From: a virus
Direction: 5' to 3' (one strand)
Length of the DNA: 64,000 nt
Virus record (IMG/VR): IMGVR_UViG_3300046804_004006
Coordinates: 8,597 to 72,596 of that record
In this document: piece by piece, positions 37,301-45,069 of the stretch
Numbering within the stretch: the stretch's first letter is position 1
How the letters are laid out: each line of letters begins with the position of its first letter
Notes under the pieces: generated by a model
Database searches by the model: none
Told to the model about the DNA's origin: nothing
What the model saw: only the letters and a program-made list of their open reading frames with translations
Program-made: the position numbers and the translations under genes

Positions 37301-38833
37301 TCAAAATTCTCACTAGTTTCTATAGCAAGCACAAACTTATTAATCTTAGATAATGTTCAAGGAGAATTTGTTGTTGGATCAGCAAAAACAATCCAGTATG
37401 TAAATAGTTCTGGAATAACAACTACCCTTAATAATTCCACAGGTGGTAATGTTCAAATATCAACTATTGATGTTGATAGTGATGGTCTTCATATTCAAGT
37501 TAACCACCAAAATCACGGAATGTATTTTTCAGATAATTTGGTAAAAATTTCTGGAGTTTTGCCGGATATTATTCCAACAAAGTTAAATGTAGAATATGAT
37601 GCATCATCAACTAGTCCGATTTCTGTCGTCGATGCATCATCATTCACTACATTTGAAAATGTTGGTGTCGGAACAACAAATGCAGGATTCTTACTAATTG
37701 GAGATGAGATTATAAAGTATACTTCCGTATCCGGTAATCTTATTGGCGGAGATATTGAAAGAGGTTCAAATCCAATTACATATCCAACAGGAACTCCTGT
37801 TTATAAATATGAACTTGGTGGAATAAATCTTTCAAGAATAAATAAAACTCACGATTTAAATGATGTAACAATTGATAATCCAATTACATTTGATTCTTAT
37901 TATATTAAACTTGATACCTCTGAAAAGTTTGATGTAGACAATGACGATAGAAGTGACGATACCGGTTACCCAAAACTTTATATCAATAAAACAAAATCTT
38001 CTGGTGGATATAATGTAAGATCTTCTCAAAATATTCCCTTTGAGATAATAACACCTATGGTTCAAAATCTTACTGTTCGTGGCACAACTATCAGTGCTGA
38101 AGTTAGAACAGTAACTGGTAGAAGCATCAGTGGCAATGAGGTTCCTTATCAAGATAGTGGATTTGAATCAGTTGTTTTAAATCAATCAAATTATTTGGAT
38201 TCTCCAAGAATAATTTGTTCAGATGTAAATGAAGTTGAGCAACTTTCATCTATTCCAGAAAATAAGTCTATGAACTTACGTTTGTTTATGAGCACTACAG
38301 ATACTAGAGTATCTCCAGTGGTTGACGCTCAGAGGATTAGTACTATTTTAACATCAAATAGAGTCAATAGTGTGATCACTAATTATGCCACTGATAATAG
38401 AGTAAATGGGATTGAAACAGATCCCACATCTTGCCAATACATATCTAAAGAAATTGTTTTAGAAAACTCCGCTTCATCCATAAAAATTGTATTGAACGCT
38501 TATATTAATGATAAATCTGATATTAGAGCATTTTATGCGACTAATAATTCTCAAGGATTTGATCCGATATTTATTCCTTTCCCAGGATATTCGAATTTAA
38601 ATTCAAATAAACAAATCATTTCCCTAGAAAATAGTAATGGTCAATCTGATATTCTCATTTCGAAATCTAATAGTTATGATTTTGATAGTAGTTCCTTAGA
38701 CTTTAAAGAATACACTTTCACTGCTGATAACTTGTCTGCGTTTAGATCATATAGAATTAAATTGCTACTAACATCAACTAGTCAGGTGTATGTTCCAAGA
38801 ATAAAAGATTTGAGAGTAATTGCTTTAGCATGA
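31364..38833 (+). CDS. VrlC-like (DUF4815) virion structural protein, 2489 aa
   Basis: NLNVAPYFDDF...VLFKPGYPVQARELTTLQSILQNQ, PGADRLK, DPLAQSF, PRIKDLRVIALA. Confidence 0.85.
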   Translation: MSQQTNLNVAPYFDDFDPNNDYYRVLFKPGYPVQARELTTLQSILQNQIEKFGQHFFKEGARVIPGNIGYNRLYYAVQLNNTYLGVPVSAYADQLVGSKILGQTSGVSAYVDKVLLPQDSENGNLTLYVNYINSSIQNNNTQQFSDGETLVCDRVIASGLLGNTTIEANSPFASTLSTNATATGSCFSITNGVYFVRGNFVNVETETLILDQYTNSPNYRVGLFISEEIINSNIDESLNDNSQGYNNYASPGADRLKISVGLFKKSLNDFDDTNFIELATIQDGVLKSTNNFTSSQNSIFNTELNNALARRTYDESGDYCVRPYEVTILESLNDNLGNRGVFDKGQITYGGMTPTDNLSVYKISPGKSFVRGYEIETLNSTFIDVEKPRTTKTLESQSINYNTGPTLKLNRVYGTPEVGFGNTYVLSLRDSRVGVSSTSPAGNEIGVARVYDFRLESGSYNSSNSNINQWNISLFDVQTITNITLNVSSTFSVPTFVKGNNSGATGFLKDSVTVGTALTLYEVKGSFIPNESLSFNGVNDGRIAIAVTSYGISDIKSVRGVVGSGSTFTADVIQTPSFLVGIATITPFSGVSTVRSSNTAFPGNIVKIGDIVRYSNLSASADPTLATVVSVGSSTVQIVGVTTVTGVASGTISTTSVTSVTDLQILSTSLESSSDNTLYTKLPKNNISSVDLTGASLTIRKVYNVEISANKINTISAGQNEIFLPFDEERYSLIRSDGATEPLSSDKMVFTEGGTQLKIYNLGSNSSAKLITTLRKSNPTSKIKVKNRVNSIIVSNSKYSGSGIGSTTLGNGLTSGSYPFGTRVEDDIISLNTPDIIEIHGIFESVDNSDPSAPKISLTSIRSSSTTTAELLIGELLIGQTSGSIAICVEKINDSDISFIYKNNNRFKEGETVVFQESNVSAIISTLSSPSFEISSNYKFDNGQNSTFYGYGSIVRKPFSYEPTKKIKVYFSNAYYDATDNGDVTTIASYNQFNYSKEIQSVDGISNSDIIDIRPRVSSYSVTENSRSPLEFYGRLFNGAGNSASNILSSEESILTTFSYYLGRIDRIFLSKNGTFQVKYGTPAENPRKPIPVDDALEIATISLPPYLYNVSQASIQFLDHKRYQMTDIKQIENRLKNLEYYTALSILESNTVNLFVPDSDGFNRFKSGFFVDNFSTFKSQDETIEINNSIDVKNKELRPKHYTESIDLIFGPIVGANQSADLAFSPIEGINVRKSSDIVTLEYGEVEWIKQTSSTRSESITPFLIPFWQGTIEMTPSSDTWVDTATFDSKITQFGESCTETFSKISKTKNINEQSGFASILWNSWGTNWVGVDISEDSNEKINSVKVNNQFGRLLTKSNTSTTVLQDNKKEARQTPLDSKKYFRSILSDQFDTTSIGDRIISRDLISYIRSRNIQFISKKLKPSTQLYAFFDGVNVTRYCIPKLLEISMISGTFEVGEDVIGTSLDTGLGPNLNKFSPKITFRVAQSNHKEGEYDNPTTTYSNNPYTNQILPESYSSTSTILNIDTFSLANQTQGQYGGWIESGMSLVGKTSGARATITNVRLITDLSSTLIGNFFIPDPNNINHPRFEAGPKTFTLTNDEQNNQNASSTVAEESFIASGILEITQDNVISVRNTRVENKQVFESSNTSRTLGTETVFGKQGNSFNTNAIVGWYDPLAQSFLVEDETGIFLTKCEVFFSSKDDMDIPVSLQLRTMKNGTPSQKVLPLSEIVLNPTDVNTSNDGSVATTFEFKAPVYLEGGQEYAICLSSNSTKYSVYVSRVGEIDLLTQTLISNQPYLGFLFKSQNTSSWEASQWEDLKFTLYRAEFINSGSVELYNPKLNEGNGQTPILSPNPLILNSRKIRIGIGSTLQDSGLLIGNTILQKGTNASGNLTGFAGIATGTLSISNSGIGYTPSSGGLTFNNVNLSTITGKGKGAIANITISNGVAVAATVVSGGYGYQVGDVLGITSIGASPAGRDSKFSLVSIASTNLLILDNVQGEFVVGSAKTIQYVNSSGITTTLNNSTGGNVQISTIDVDSDGLHIQVNHQNHGMYFSDNLVKISGVLPDIIPTKLNVEYDASSTSPISVVDASSFTTFENVGVGTTNAGFLLIGDEIIKYTSVSGNLIGGDIERGSNPITYPTGTPVYKYELGGINLSRINKTHDLNDVTIDNPITFDSYYIKLDTSEKFDVDNDDRSDDTGYPKLYINKTKSSGGYNVRSSQNIPFEIITPMVQNLTVRGTTISAEVRTVTGRSISGNEVPYQDSGFESVVLNQSNYLDSPRIICSDVNEVEQLSSIPENKSMNLRLFMSTTDTRVSPVVDAQRISTILTSNRVNSVITNYATDNRVNGIETDPTSCQYISKEIVLENSASSIKIVLNAYINDKSDIRAFYATNNSQGFDPIFIPFPGYSNLNSNKQIISLENSNGQSDILISKSNSYDFDSSSLDFKEYTFTADNLSAFRSYRIKLLLTSTSQVYVPRIKDLRVIALA

Positions 38834-38834
38834 T

Positions 38835-39062
38835 ATGAATTATTCGAAAATAGACGGTCACAGTGACTTATTGAGAGATTCAAATACAAATTCAATTATA
38901 AACACAAATTTATCCGAATACGAACAATATATTGCTAGACGTGAGGCAAAGGAACAAAAGAATCTTAAGATACAGTCAATAGAGGATGAAGTTGCTAATA
39001 TTAAAAATGATATTGATGAAATTAAATTTTTATTAAAGGAGTTATTAAATGGATCCAAATGA
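38835..39062 (+). CDS. conserved small coiled-coil protein
   Basis: KIDGHSDLLRDSNTNSIIN..., C-terminal heptads. Confidence 0.75.
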   Translation: MNYSKIDGHSDLLRDSNTNSIINTNLSEYEQYIARREAKEQKNLKIQSIEDEVANIKNDIDEIKFLLKELLNGSK

Positions 39063-39228
39063 AATTACATTAGAAAATCTAAGTAAAAGTTTTGAATATT
39101 TTAAGTTTGCATCAGAAATTGACAATATCGATGATATTGAAAATCTAAAAAATATTGCAAAATCTTATTTCAAATTATATTTGAAACAACAAGAAGTTTT
39201 GTTGAACTTAGATAGCACTCTAAAATAA
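39049..39228 (+). CDS. small protein, possibly NblA-like (59 aa)
   Basis: AAGGAG RBS; MDPNEITLENLSKSFEYFKFASEIDNIDDIENLKNIAKSYFKLYLKQQEVLLNLDSTLK. Confidence 0.65.
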   Translation: MDPNEITLENLSKSFEYFKFASEIDNIDDIENLKNIAKSYFKLYLKQQEVLLNLDSTLK

Positions 39229-39260
39229 TTTCATAAATATCTTTAGGTAAAAGTAGATAA

Positions 39261-40115
39261 ATGGCGCAACCTACTACTAGGCAAGAACTAATAAATTACT
39301 GCAAACGAAAACTGGGTGCGCCAGTTTTGGAAATTAATGTTGCAGATGAACAAATTGAAGATTTAGTTGATGATGCCATCCAATTTTTTCAGGAAAGGCA
39401 TTTTGATGGAGTATATCCGACTTTTTATAAGTACAAGGTTACCCAAGATGATATAGATAGAGGAAGAGCTGGATACGCAAGCAATGCTAAAAGTGCGGTT
39501 GGTATAGCATCCACTAGTGCAACTACAAATATAGTTGGAACTGCAACAACATTTACTTTTTATGAAAATAGCAATTATTTGCAAATTCCACCAAACGTAA
39601 TCGGCGTTAATAAAATATTCACTTTTGATAGTTCAAATACTATCACCCACAATATGTTCAGTGTTAAGTACCAGTTATTTTTGAATGACATTTACTATTG
39701 GGGAACTACTGAACTTTTAAGTTATGCAATGGTTAAAACTTACTTAGAAGATTTAGATTTCTTATTAAATACACAAAAACAAATAAGATTTAATAAAAGA
39801 CAAGATAGATTATATTTGGACATTGATTGGAGTTCTGTTACTGATAACTACTATTTTATTGTTGATTGTTATGCGACATTAGATCCAAATGATTATTCTA
39901 GGGTTTGGAATGATTCTTTCTTAAAGCCATATTTAACATCTTTAATTAAAAAGCAATGGGGACAAAATATGATGAAATTTACAGGTGTTAAACTTCCCGG
40001 TGGAGTTGAACTTAACGGGAGGCAAATGTATGATGATGCCCAAAGAGAAATAGACATTTTAATGGAAAAAATGTCTAGTACTTATGAGCTTCCTCCATTA
40101 GATATGATTGGATAA
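39261..40115 (+). CDS. gp13: neck protein gp13
   Basis: RQELINYCKRKLGAPVLEINVADEQ...LPGGVELNG; ATAAATA at 39233. Confidence 0.93.
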   Translation: MAQPTTRQELINYCKRKLGAPVLEINVADEQIEDLVDDAIQFFQERHFDGVYPTFYKYKVTQDDIDRGRAGYASNAKSAVGIASTSATTNIVGTATTFTFYENSNYLQIPPNVIGVNKIFTFDSSNTITHNMFSVKYQLFLNDIYYWGTTELLSYAMVKTYLEDLDFLLNTQKQIRFNKRQDRLYLDIDWSSVTDNYYFIVDCYATLDPNDYSRVWNDSFLKPYLTSLIKKQWGQNMMKFTGVKLPGGVELNGRQMYDDAQREIDILMEKMSSTYELPPLDMIG

Positions 40116-40118
40116 TAT

Positions 40119-41525
40119 ATGCTTAATCCCTTTTTCCTTCAAGGTTCTAAAACAGAGCAAGGTCTTATTCAAGACTTAATCAATGAGCAACTAAGAATGT
40201 ATGGTGTTGAGGTTTATTATTTGCCAAGAAAATATGTTACAGAAAAAACTGTGATTAGAGAATTAATTGAATCCAGTTTTGAAAGTGCGTATCCAATAGA
40301 AGCATATGTTAATACCTATGAAGGATATGGAGATAATCCAACAATTTTATCAAAATTTGGAATTCAAGCATTAAATGAAATAACCTTAACAATATCAAGA
40401 GAAAGATTTAAAAATTATATTTCTCCTTTAATTAAAGATAAATCAAATATAAAGTTATCAACAAGACCAAAAGAGGGAGATCTAGTTTATTTTCCTTTAG
40501 GCGACAGGTTATTTGAAATAAAATATGTTGAACATGAAAAACCTTTTTATCAGTTACAAGGATTATATACATATGAATTGAGATGCGAACTCTTTAGATA
40601 TGAAGACGAAGTAATAGAAACAGGCATCGAAGAGATTGATGATAATATCAATGGTACAGGTGAAGAGGAGACAAAACCTGTTGGGGTAGTTCAAAAACTT
40701 ATCATGGTTGGCACCGCAGTAACAGCGACTGCTACCGTATCTATAGTTAATGGTGGAATTAGATCTATAACAGTCACTAACCGAGGAGGTGGATATACAA
40801 GCACTCCAACTGTTGGTATTTCTTCAGCACCAAGTGGAGGTAAAACAGCAACAGCGATTGCAAAAATGATAGGTGGTATTGTTGTATGTAATGATAACAC
40901 AAATCCATCCGCACAGTCAGTTCAAAGTGTAGAAATAACTAACGCTGGATATGGATATACAACAACACCCGGAATAAGATTTATTGGCGGAGGAGGAAGT
41001 GGAGCTACAGGAATAGCATCAATAGGAAATGGTATAGTTGGAATTATAACAGTTACTAATTCTGGTTCTGGGTATGTTAATTCACCTATAATTACATTTA
41101 CTGGAATATCGACAGTTTCTGCTGCGGCTACTGCTATTGTTTCTGCAGCGGGAACAATAGCAGCAATTCACATAACAAACTCTGGACTTGGATATACACA
41201 ATCACCTACAATTACTATAGGAAATCCATCAATAAATTCATCCGGAACTTTCATATTTAATGAAACAGTGACAGGATCTCAAAGTGGAACTACAGGAAGA
41301 GTTAGATCTTGGAATTCAACAACTAATGTTTTGGAAGTATCAAATGTTGATGGTCAATTTGTTGCGGGAGAAAATATTATTGGGACTGCTTCAAGTGCAT
41401 CACATTATCTAAGATCTATCGACACGTTAATAGTTAAAGATGGATTTACTGCAAATGATGATATAGAAGAAGAAGCAGATGAAATCGTAGACTTTAGTGA
41501 GAAAAATCCTTTTGGGATGCCATAA
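40119..41525 (+). CDS. gp14: neck protein gp14 with inserted repeat domains
   Basis: EQLRMYGVEVYYLPR, RPKEGDLVYFP, VEHEKPFYQL, DFSEKNPFG. Confidence 0.92.
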   Translation: MLNPFFLQGSKTEQGLIQDLINEQLRMYGVEVYYLPRKYVTEKTVIRELIESSFESAYPIEAYVNTYEGYGDNPTILSKFGIQALNEITLTISRERFKNYISPLIKDKSNIKLSTRPKEGDLVYFPLGDRLFEIKYVEHEKPFYQLQGLYTYELRCELFRYEDEVIETGIEEIDDNINGTGEEETKPVGVVQKLIMVGTAVTATATVSIVNGGIRSITVTNRGGGYTSTPTVGISSAPSGGKTATAIAKMIGGIVVCNDNTNPSAQSVQSVEITNAGYGYTTTPGIRFIGGGGSGATGIASIGNGIVGIITVTNSGSGYVNSPIITFTGISTVSAAATAIVSAAGTIAAIHITNSGLGYTQSPTITIGNPSINSSGTFIFNETVTGSQSGTTGRVRSWNSTTNVLEVSNVDGQFVAGENIIGTASSASHYLRSIDTLIVKDGFTANDDIEEEADEIVDFSEKNPFGMP

Positions 41526-41573
41526 ACCATAAATAAAAGTTATTATGATTAATTAATAGGAATTATAAAAAGT

Positions 41574-42575
41574 ATGTTTGAGTATTTTTATCACCAAATT
41601 TTAAGAAGAACCGTAATTGCCTTTGGTTCTTTATTTAATGATATTAGTATTAAACATACTAATAATAATGGAGTTGTAGTTAGTTCAATTAAAATTCCTC
41701 TTGCGTATGGACCAACACAAAAATTTCTTGCAAGATTAGAACAATCTCCAGATTTAAACAAACCAGTTCAAATTACATTACCAAGAATGTCATTTGAATT
41801 TACTGGGTTAACTTATGATTCAGCGAGAAAATCAACAACAACACAAACCTTTACCGCAAAATCTGCTACTGACGGAACAGAAACAAAAAAAATATATCTA
41901 CCAGTTCCATATAATATGCAATTTGAACTTAGTATTATGTCTAAATTAAATGATGATGCTTTGCAAATTGTTGAGCAAATTTTACCTTATTTTCAACCGG
42001 CATATACAATGTCGGTTGAATTAGTCGATGGTATTAATGAAAAAAGAGATGTTCCAGTCGTTCTTGAAAATATCACAATGCAAGACGATTATGAAGGAAA
42101 CTTTACAACAAGAAGAGTATTAATTTATACACTAAGATTTACTGTTAAAACATATCTTTTTGGTCCGATTTCTTCTGCAACAAAAGATATTATCAAAAAA
42201 ACCACAGTCAGTTACATTACTGGAGATACCACATCTTCTCCAACAAGAGAAGTTGTTTACTCTTCAGAACCAAGAGCAACCAAAAATTATACTGGAACTG
42301 TTGTAACAAATATTTCCAAAGATGTAACAACTGAAGACATATTAATCACTGTAGATAATGCAAGTTCAATTTCAACAAATACATATCTCGATATAGAAGG
42401 TGAAGAAGTTTTTGTAAGGTTAAAAACTGGAAATATTCTCACCGTAGATAGGGGTAGAGATGGAACTAATATTACATCACACTTAGCAGGTGCTCAAGTC
42501 AAGTCCATTACTACCTCAGATAACTTATTAATCGAGGATGGCGATGATTTTGGTTTTGGTGGATCTAATTCTTGA
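41574..42575 (+). CDS. gp15: tail sheath stabilizer/terminator gp15
   Basis: FYHQILRRTVIAFGSLFN, IPLAYGPTQKFLARL, LPRMSFE, QILPYFQP. Confidence 0.93.
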   Translation: MFEYFYHQILRRTVIAFGSLFNDISIKHTNNNGVVVSSIKIPLAYGPTQKFLARLEQSPDLNKPVQITLPRMSFEFTGLTYDSARKSTTTQTFTAKSATDGTETKKIYLPVPYNMQFELSIMSKLNDDALQIVEQILPYFQPAYTMSVELVDGINEKRDVPVVLENITMQDDYEGNFTTRRVLIYTLRFTVKTYLFGPISSATKDIIKKTTVSYITGDTTSSPTREVVYSSEPRATKNYTGTVVTNISKDVTTEDILITVDNASSISTNTYLDIEGEEVFVRLKTGNILTVDRGRDGTNITSHLAGAQVKSITTSDNLLIEDGDDFGFGGSNS

Positions 42576-42581
42576 TAAGTT

Positions 42582-43013
42582 ATGAAAATGACAAAAAAGT
42601 TTGACAAATTAAATGACACTTTTAATGTAAGTGGAGAAATAGTTTCTACTGAAGTGGAATCTTCGATTGAAAAAGTAGAAAAAATATCGTCAGGCGTGGA
42701 TGATATTAAAAAGGACTATGAGTATACTAGGGGAAATTTATATTCAATAATTGAAAAAGGACAAGAAGCTATTAATGGAATTTTAGAGTTGGCGCAGGAA
42801 AGTGAAATGCCTCGCGCATATGAAGTTGCCGGTCAACTTATTAAAAATGTTGCGGATGCGACTGATAAATTAATGGATCTCCAAAAGAAACTTAAAGACG
42901 TTGAAGAAGAAAAACAAAAGGGGCCAACAACAGTTAATAATGCATTATTTGTAGGATCAACTGCAGAATTAGCAAAATTGTTAAAACAACAAACTCAAAA
43001 TGAAGACATTTAA
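42582..43013 (+). CDS. gp16: terminase small subunit gp16
   Basis: DYEYTRGNL...PRAYEVAGQLIK...NNALFVGSTAEL. Confidence 0.92.
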   Translation: MKMTKKFDKLNDTFNVSGEIVSTEVESSIEKVEKISSGVDDIKKDYEYTRGNLYSIIEKGQEAINGILELAQESEMPRAYEVAGQLIKNVADATDKLMDLQKKLKDVEEEKQKGPTTVNNALFVGSTAELAKLLKQQTQNEDI

Positions 43014-43155
43014 ACAGTTTCAAGAAGACTGGAGTAATAAATACAAGAAGAGTATTGATTGCTCGAATCCAAAAGGATTTTCTCAGCGTGCTCATTGTGC
43101 CGCAAGAAGAAAGAGAGCAAAAGGTGAAGAGACTAAATCAAAACCAATTGAGTAA
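43000..43155 (+). CDS. small basic protein with CTS-like N-terminus (51 aa)
   Basis: MKTFKQFQEDWSNKYKKSIDCSNPKGFSQRAHCAARRKRAKGEETKSKPIE; overlaps the gp16 stop and the next start. Confidence 0.75.
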   Translation: MKTFKQFQEDWSNKYKKSIDCSNPKGFSQRAHCAARRKRAKGEETKSKPIE

Positions 43156-45053
43156 TGCCCCAAATCAAGTCACATAAAACAGTCGAACAAATTGCAAAGA
43201 AACATCGTCTTGATGTTTCTTTCATACAAAAGCAACTTGATATGGGTGAACCCATCGAACATGAACATACAAAAGATCATGAACTTGCAATGGATATTGC
43301 ACTTCAACATCTTGATGAAATTCCAGACTATTATACTCGTTTGAAAAAAATGGAAGCAGATGCCAAAAAGCATCATAAAAAATTTAAAGATGTAAAAGAA
43401 GAAACTAAATCTGGAGATGAAGGTCTTCACGATTGGTTTAATAAATCAAAGTCAAGTGACGGTAAGAAAGGATGGGTTCAACTTGGAGGAAAGTGGGCAG
43501 GAAAACCTTGTGCTCGTCAACAAGGTCAAACTTCCACCCCTAAGTGCGGAAGTTCTAAGATGAGTAAAACACTTTCTAAAGACGAAGAAGAAAAAGCAAG
43601 ACGTAGAAAAAATATTCAAGACCCAAATCAACCAGAAAAAACTGGCGGAGCAAAACCAACTAACGTAAGAACTGAAGAGATGAATCTACAAGAAGTTAAA
43701 GACAAACCAGGTAAAAGTAGTGGCAAAAAAGATGCTTGTTACCATAAGGTAAAGTCTCGTTATAGTGTTTGGCCTAGTGCGTATGCATCTGGAGCACTAG
43801 TCAAGTGCCGTAAGGTTGGTGCAGATAACTGGGGAACCAAGTCCGAAGCAATGGAAGAACAAAGATATTGCCCATTATGCGATAAAAGAGAAACTAGATC
43901 CGAATGTTCTTACGGGGGAAAGGCGTGGGATAAAGTTTCTGTAAAAGATCATGAGTATTCAATGGCTAGGTCTGAAATTGAATCTATTATAAATGCAGCA
44001 GAAAGACTTAAATCAAAAGTTGCAAAAGGTGAGGGCAGTCTCGAAGCATGGGTCCAGTCCAAAATAACTAAAGCTGCGGATTATATTGATACTGCAGCAG
44101 ATTATGTTGCTAGTGGAGAAATGGAAGAATCGGTTGGTTATAAAATAAATCCAGAATCTCATTCGTCGCAAAAATTATCATCAGCGGCAAAAAAAATTGA
44201 TAGGATGACAACAACACAACAAGCACAATTGCCACCAAAAGCAAAGCAAATAGTCGGCACAACTTTACCTAAATTTGAAGAAACCCTAGTTGATAAAATT
44301 ACAAGTGAAATTGTAATCGAAAAATGCTGGCCTGGTTATAAAAAGAATGGTATGAAAATAATGTTTAGGAAAAGTTATCCAAATTGCGTAAAAGTAGAGG
44401 ATGTAACTATTGAGGATGCAGATGGAAATACTTTCGCGGAAATAGTTGATATAATTAATCCTGAACTTATCAGGGGATTTAAGTCTCAAGTAGATGAGGC
44501 GACTAGGATGCAAGCACAAACCGGAAATGTAATTTCAGCGACTCTTTCATGGAGAGGAAAATATTACTCACTTAAATTGTTTTTCCCTCAAGTCAAACTT
44601 CCCACTCGCAAAGAAATTAACGATGAGATTCAAAAAGTTTATCCGAATTGTAATTTAGTGTATCATTCTGTATCTGAACTTCAACCAGGACAACCTCTTA
44701 TTCAGGCGTTTGGTCCACAAGGTGGAAGTTTTGCAAGTCCGGGACCTAGTAAAAAATATATAAAACCTTATGGCGAACAAGTGGAATTTGGGGAGGATTG
44801 GCAATCAGTCAATCGTAAAGATAAAACTGATGGGTTAAGTCAAAAAGCGGTAAATGCATATCGTAGAGAAAATCCAGGATCAAAACTTCAAACCGCAGTA
44901 ACTGAGAAGAATCCAAGTGGAAAAAGAGCACAACGTCGTAAGTCATTTTGTAGTCGTATGTCTGGAATGAAGAAAAGATTAACTTCGGCAGAAACTGCAA
45001 GAGATCCAGATTCAAGAATCAATAAAGCACTTCGTCGTTGGAATTGTAATTAA
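43155..45053 (+). CDS. multi-module basic protein, probable internal head protein
   Basis: Concatenated short modules (IEHEHT..IALQHLDEIPDYY; YSVWPSAYASGALVKC; AWVQSKITKAADY; KCWPGY..PNCVK; RRKSFCSRM..ALRRWNC). Confidence 0.75.
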   Translation: MPQIKSHKTVEQIAKKHRLDVSFIQKQLDMGEPIEHEHTKDHELAMDIALQHLDEIPDYYTRLKKMEADAKKHHKKFKDVKEETKSGDEGLHDWFNKSKSSDGKKGWVQLGGKWAGKPCARQQGQTSTPKCGSSKMSKTLSKDEEEKARRRKNIQDPNQPEKTGGAKPTNVRTEEMNLQEVKDKPGKSSGKKDACYHKVKSRYSVWPSAYASGALVKCRKVGADNWGTKSEAMEEQRYCPLCDKRETRSECSYGGKAWDKVSVKDHEYSMARSEIESIINAAERLKSKVAKGEGSLEAWVQSKITKAADYIDTAADYVASGEMEESVGYKINPESHSSQKLSSAAKKIDRMTTTQQAQLPPKAKQIVGTTLPKFEETLVDKITSEIVIEKCWPGYKKNGMKIMFRKSYPNCVKVEDVTIEDADGNTFAEIVDIINPELIRGFKSQVDEATRMQAQTGNVISATLSWRGKYYSLKLFFPQVKLPTRKEINDEIQKVYPNCNLVYHSVSELQPGQPLIQAFGPQGGSFASPGPSKKYIKPYGEQVEFGEDWQSVNRKDKTDGLSQKAVNAYRRENPGSKLQTAVTEKNPSGKRAQRRKSFCSRMSGMKKRLTSAETARDPDSRINKALRRWNCN

Positions 45054-45069
45054 TAGGTAGGTTTTTGTT

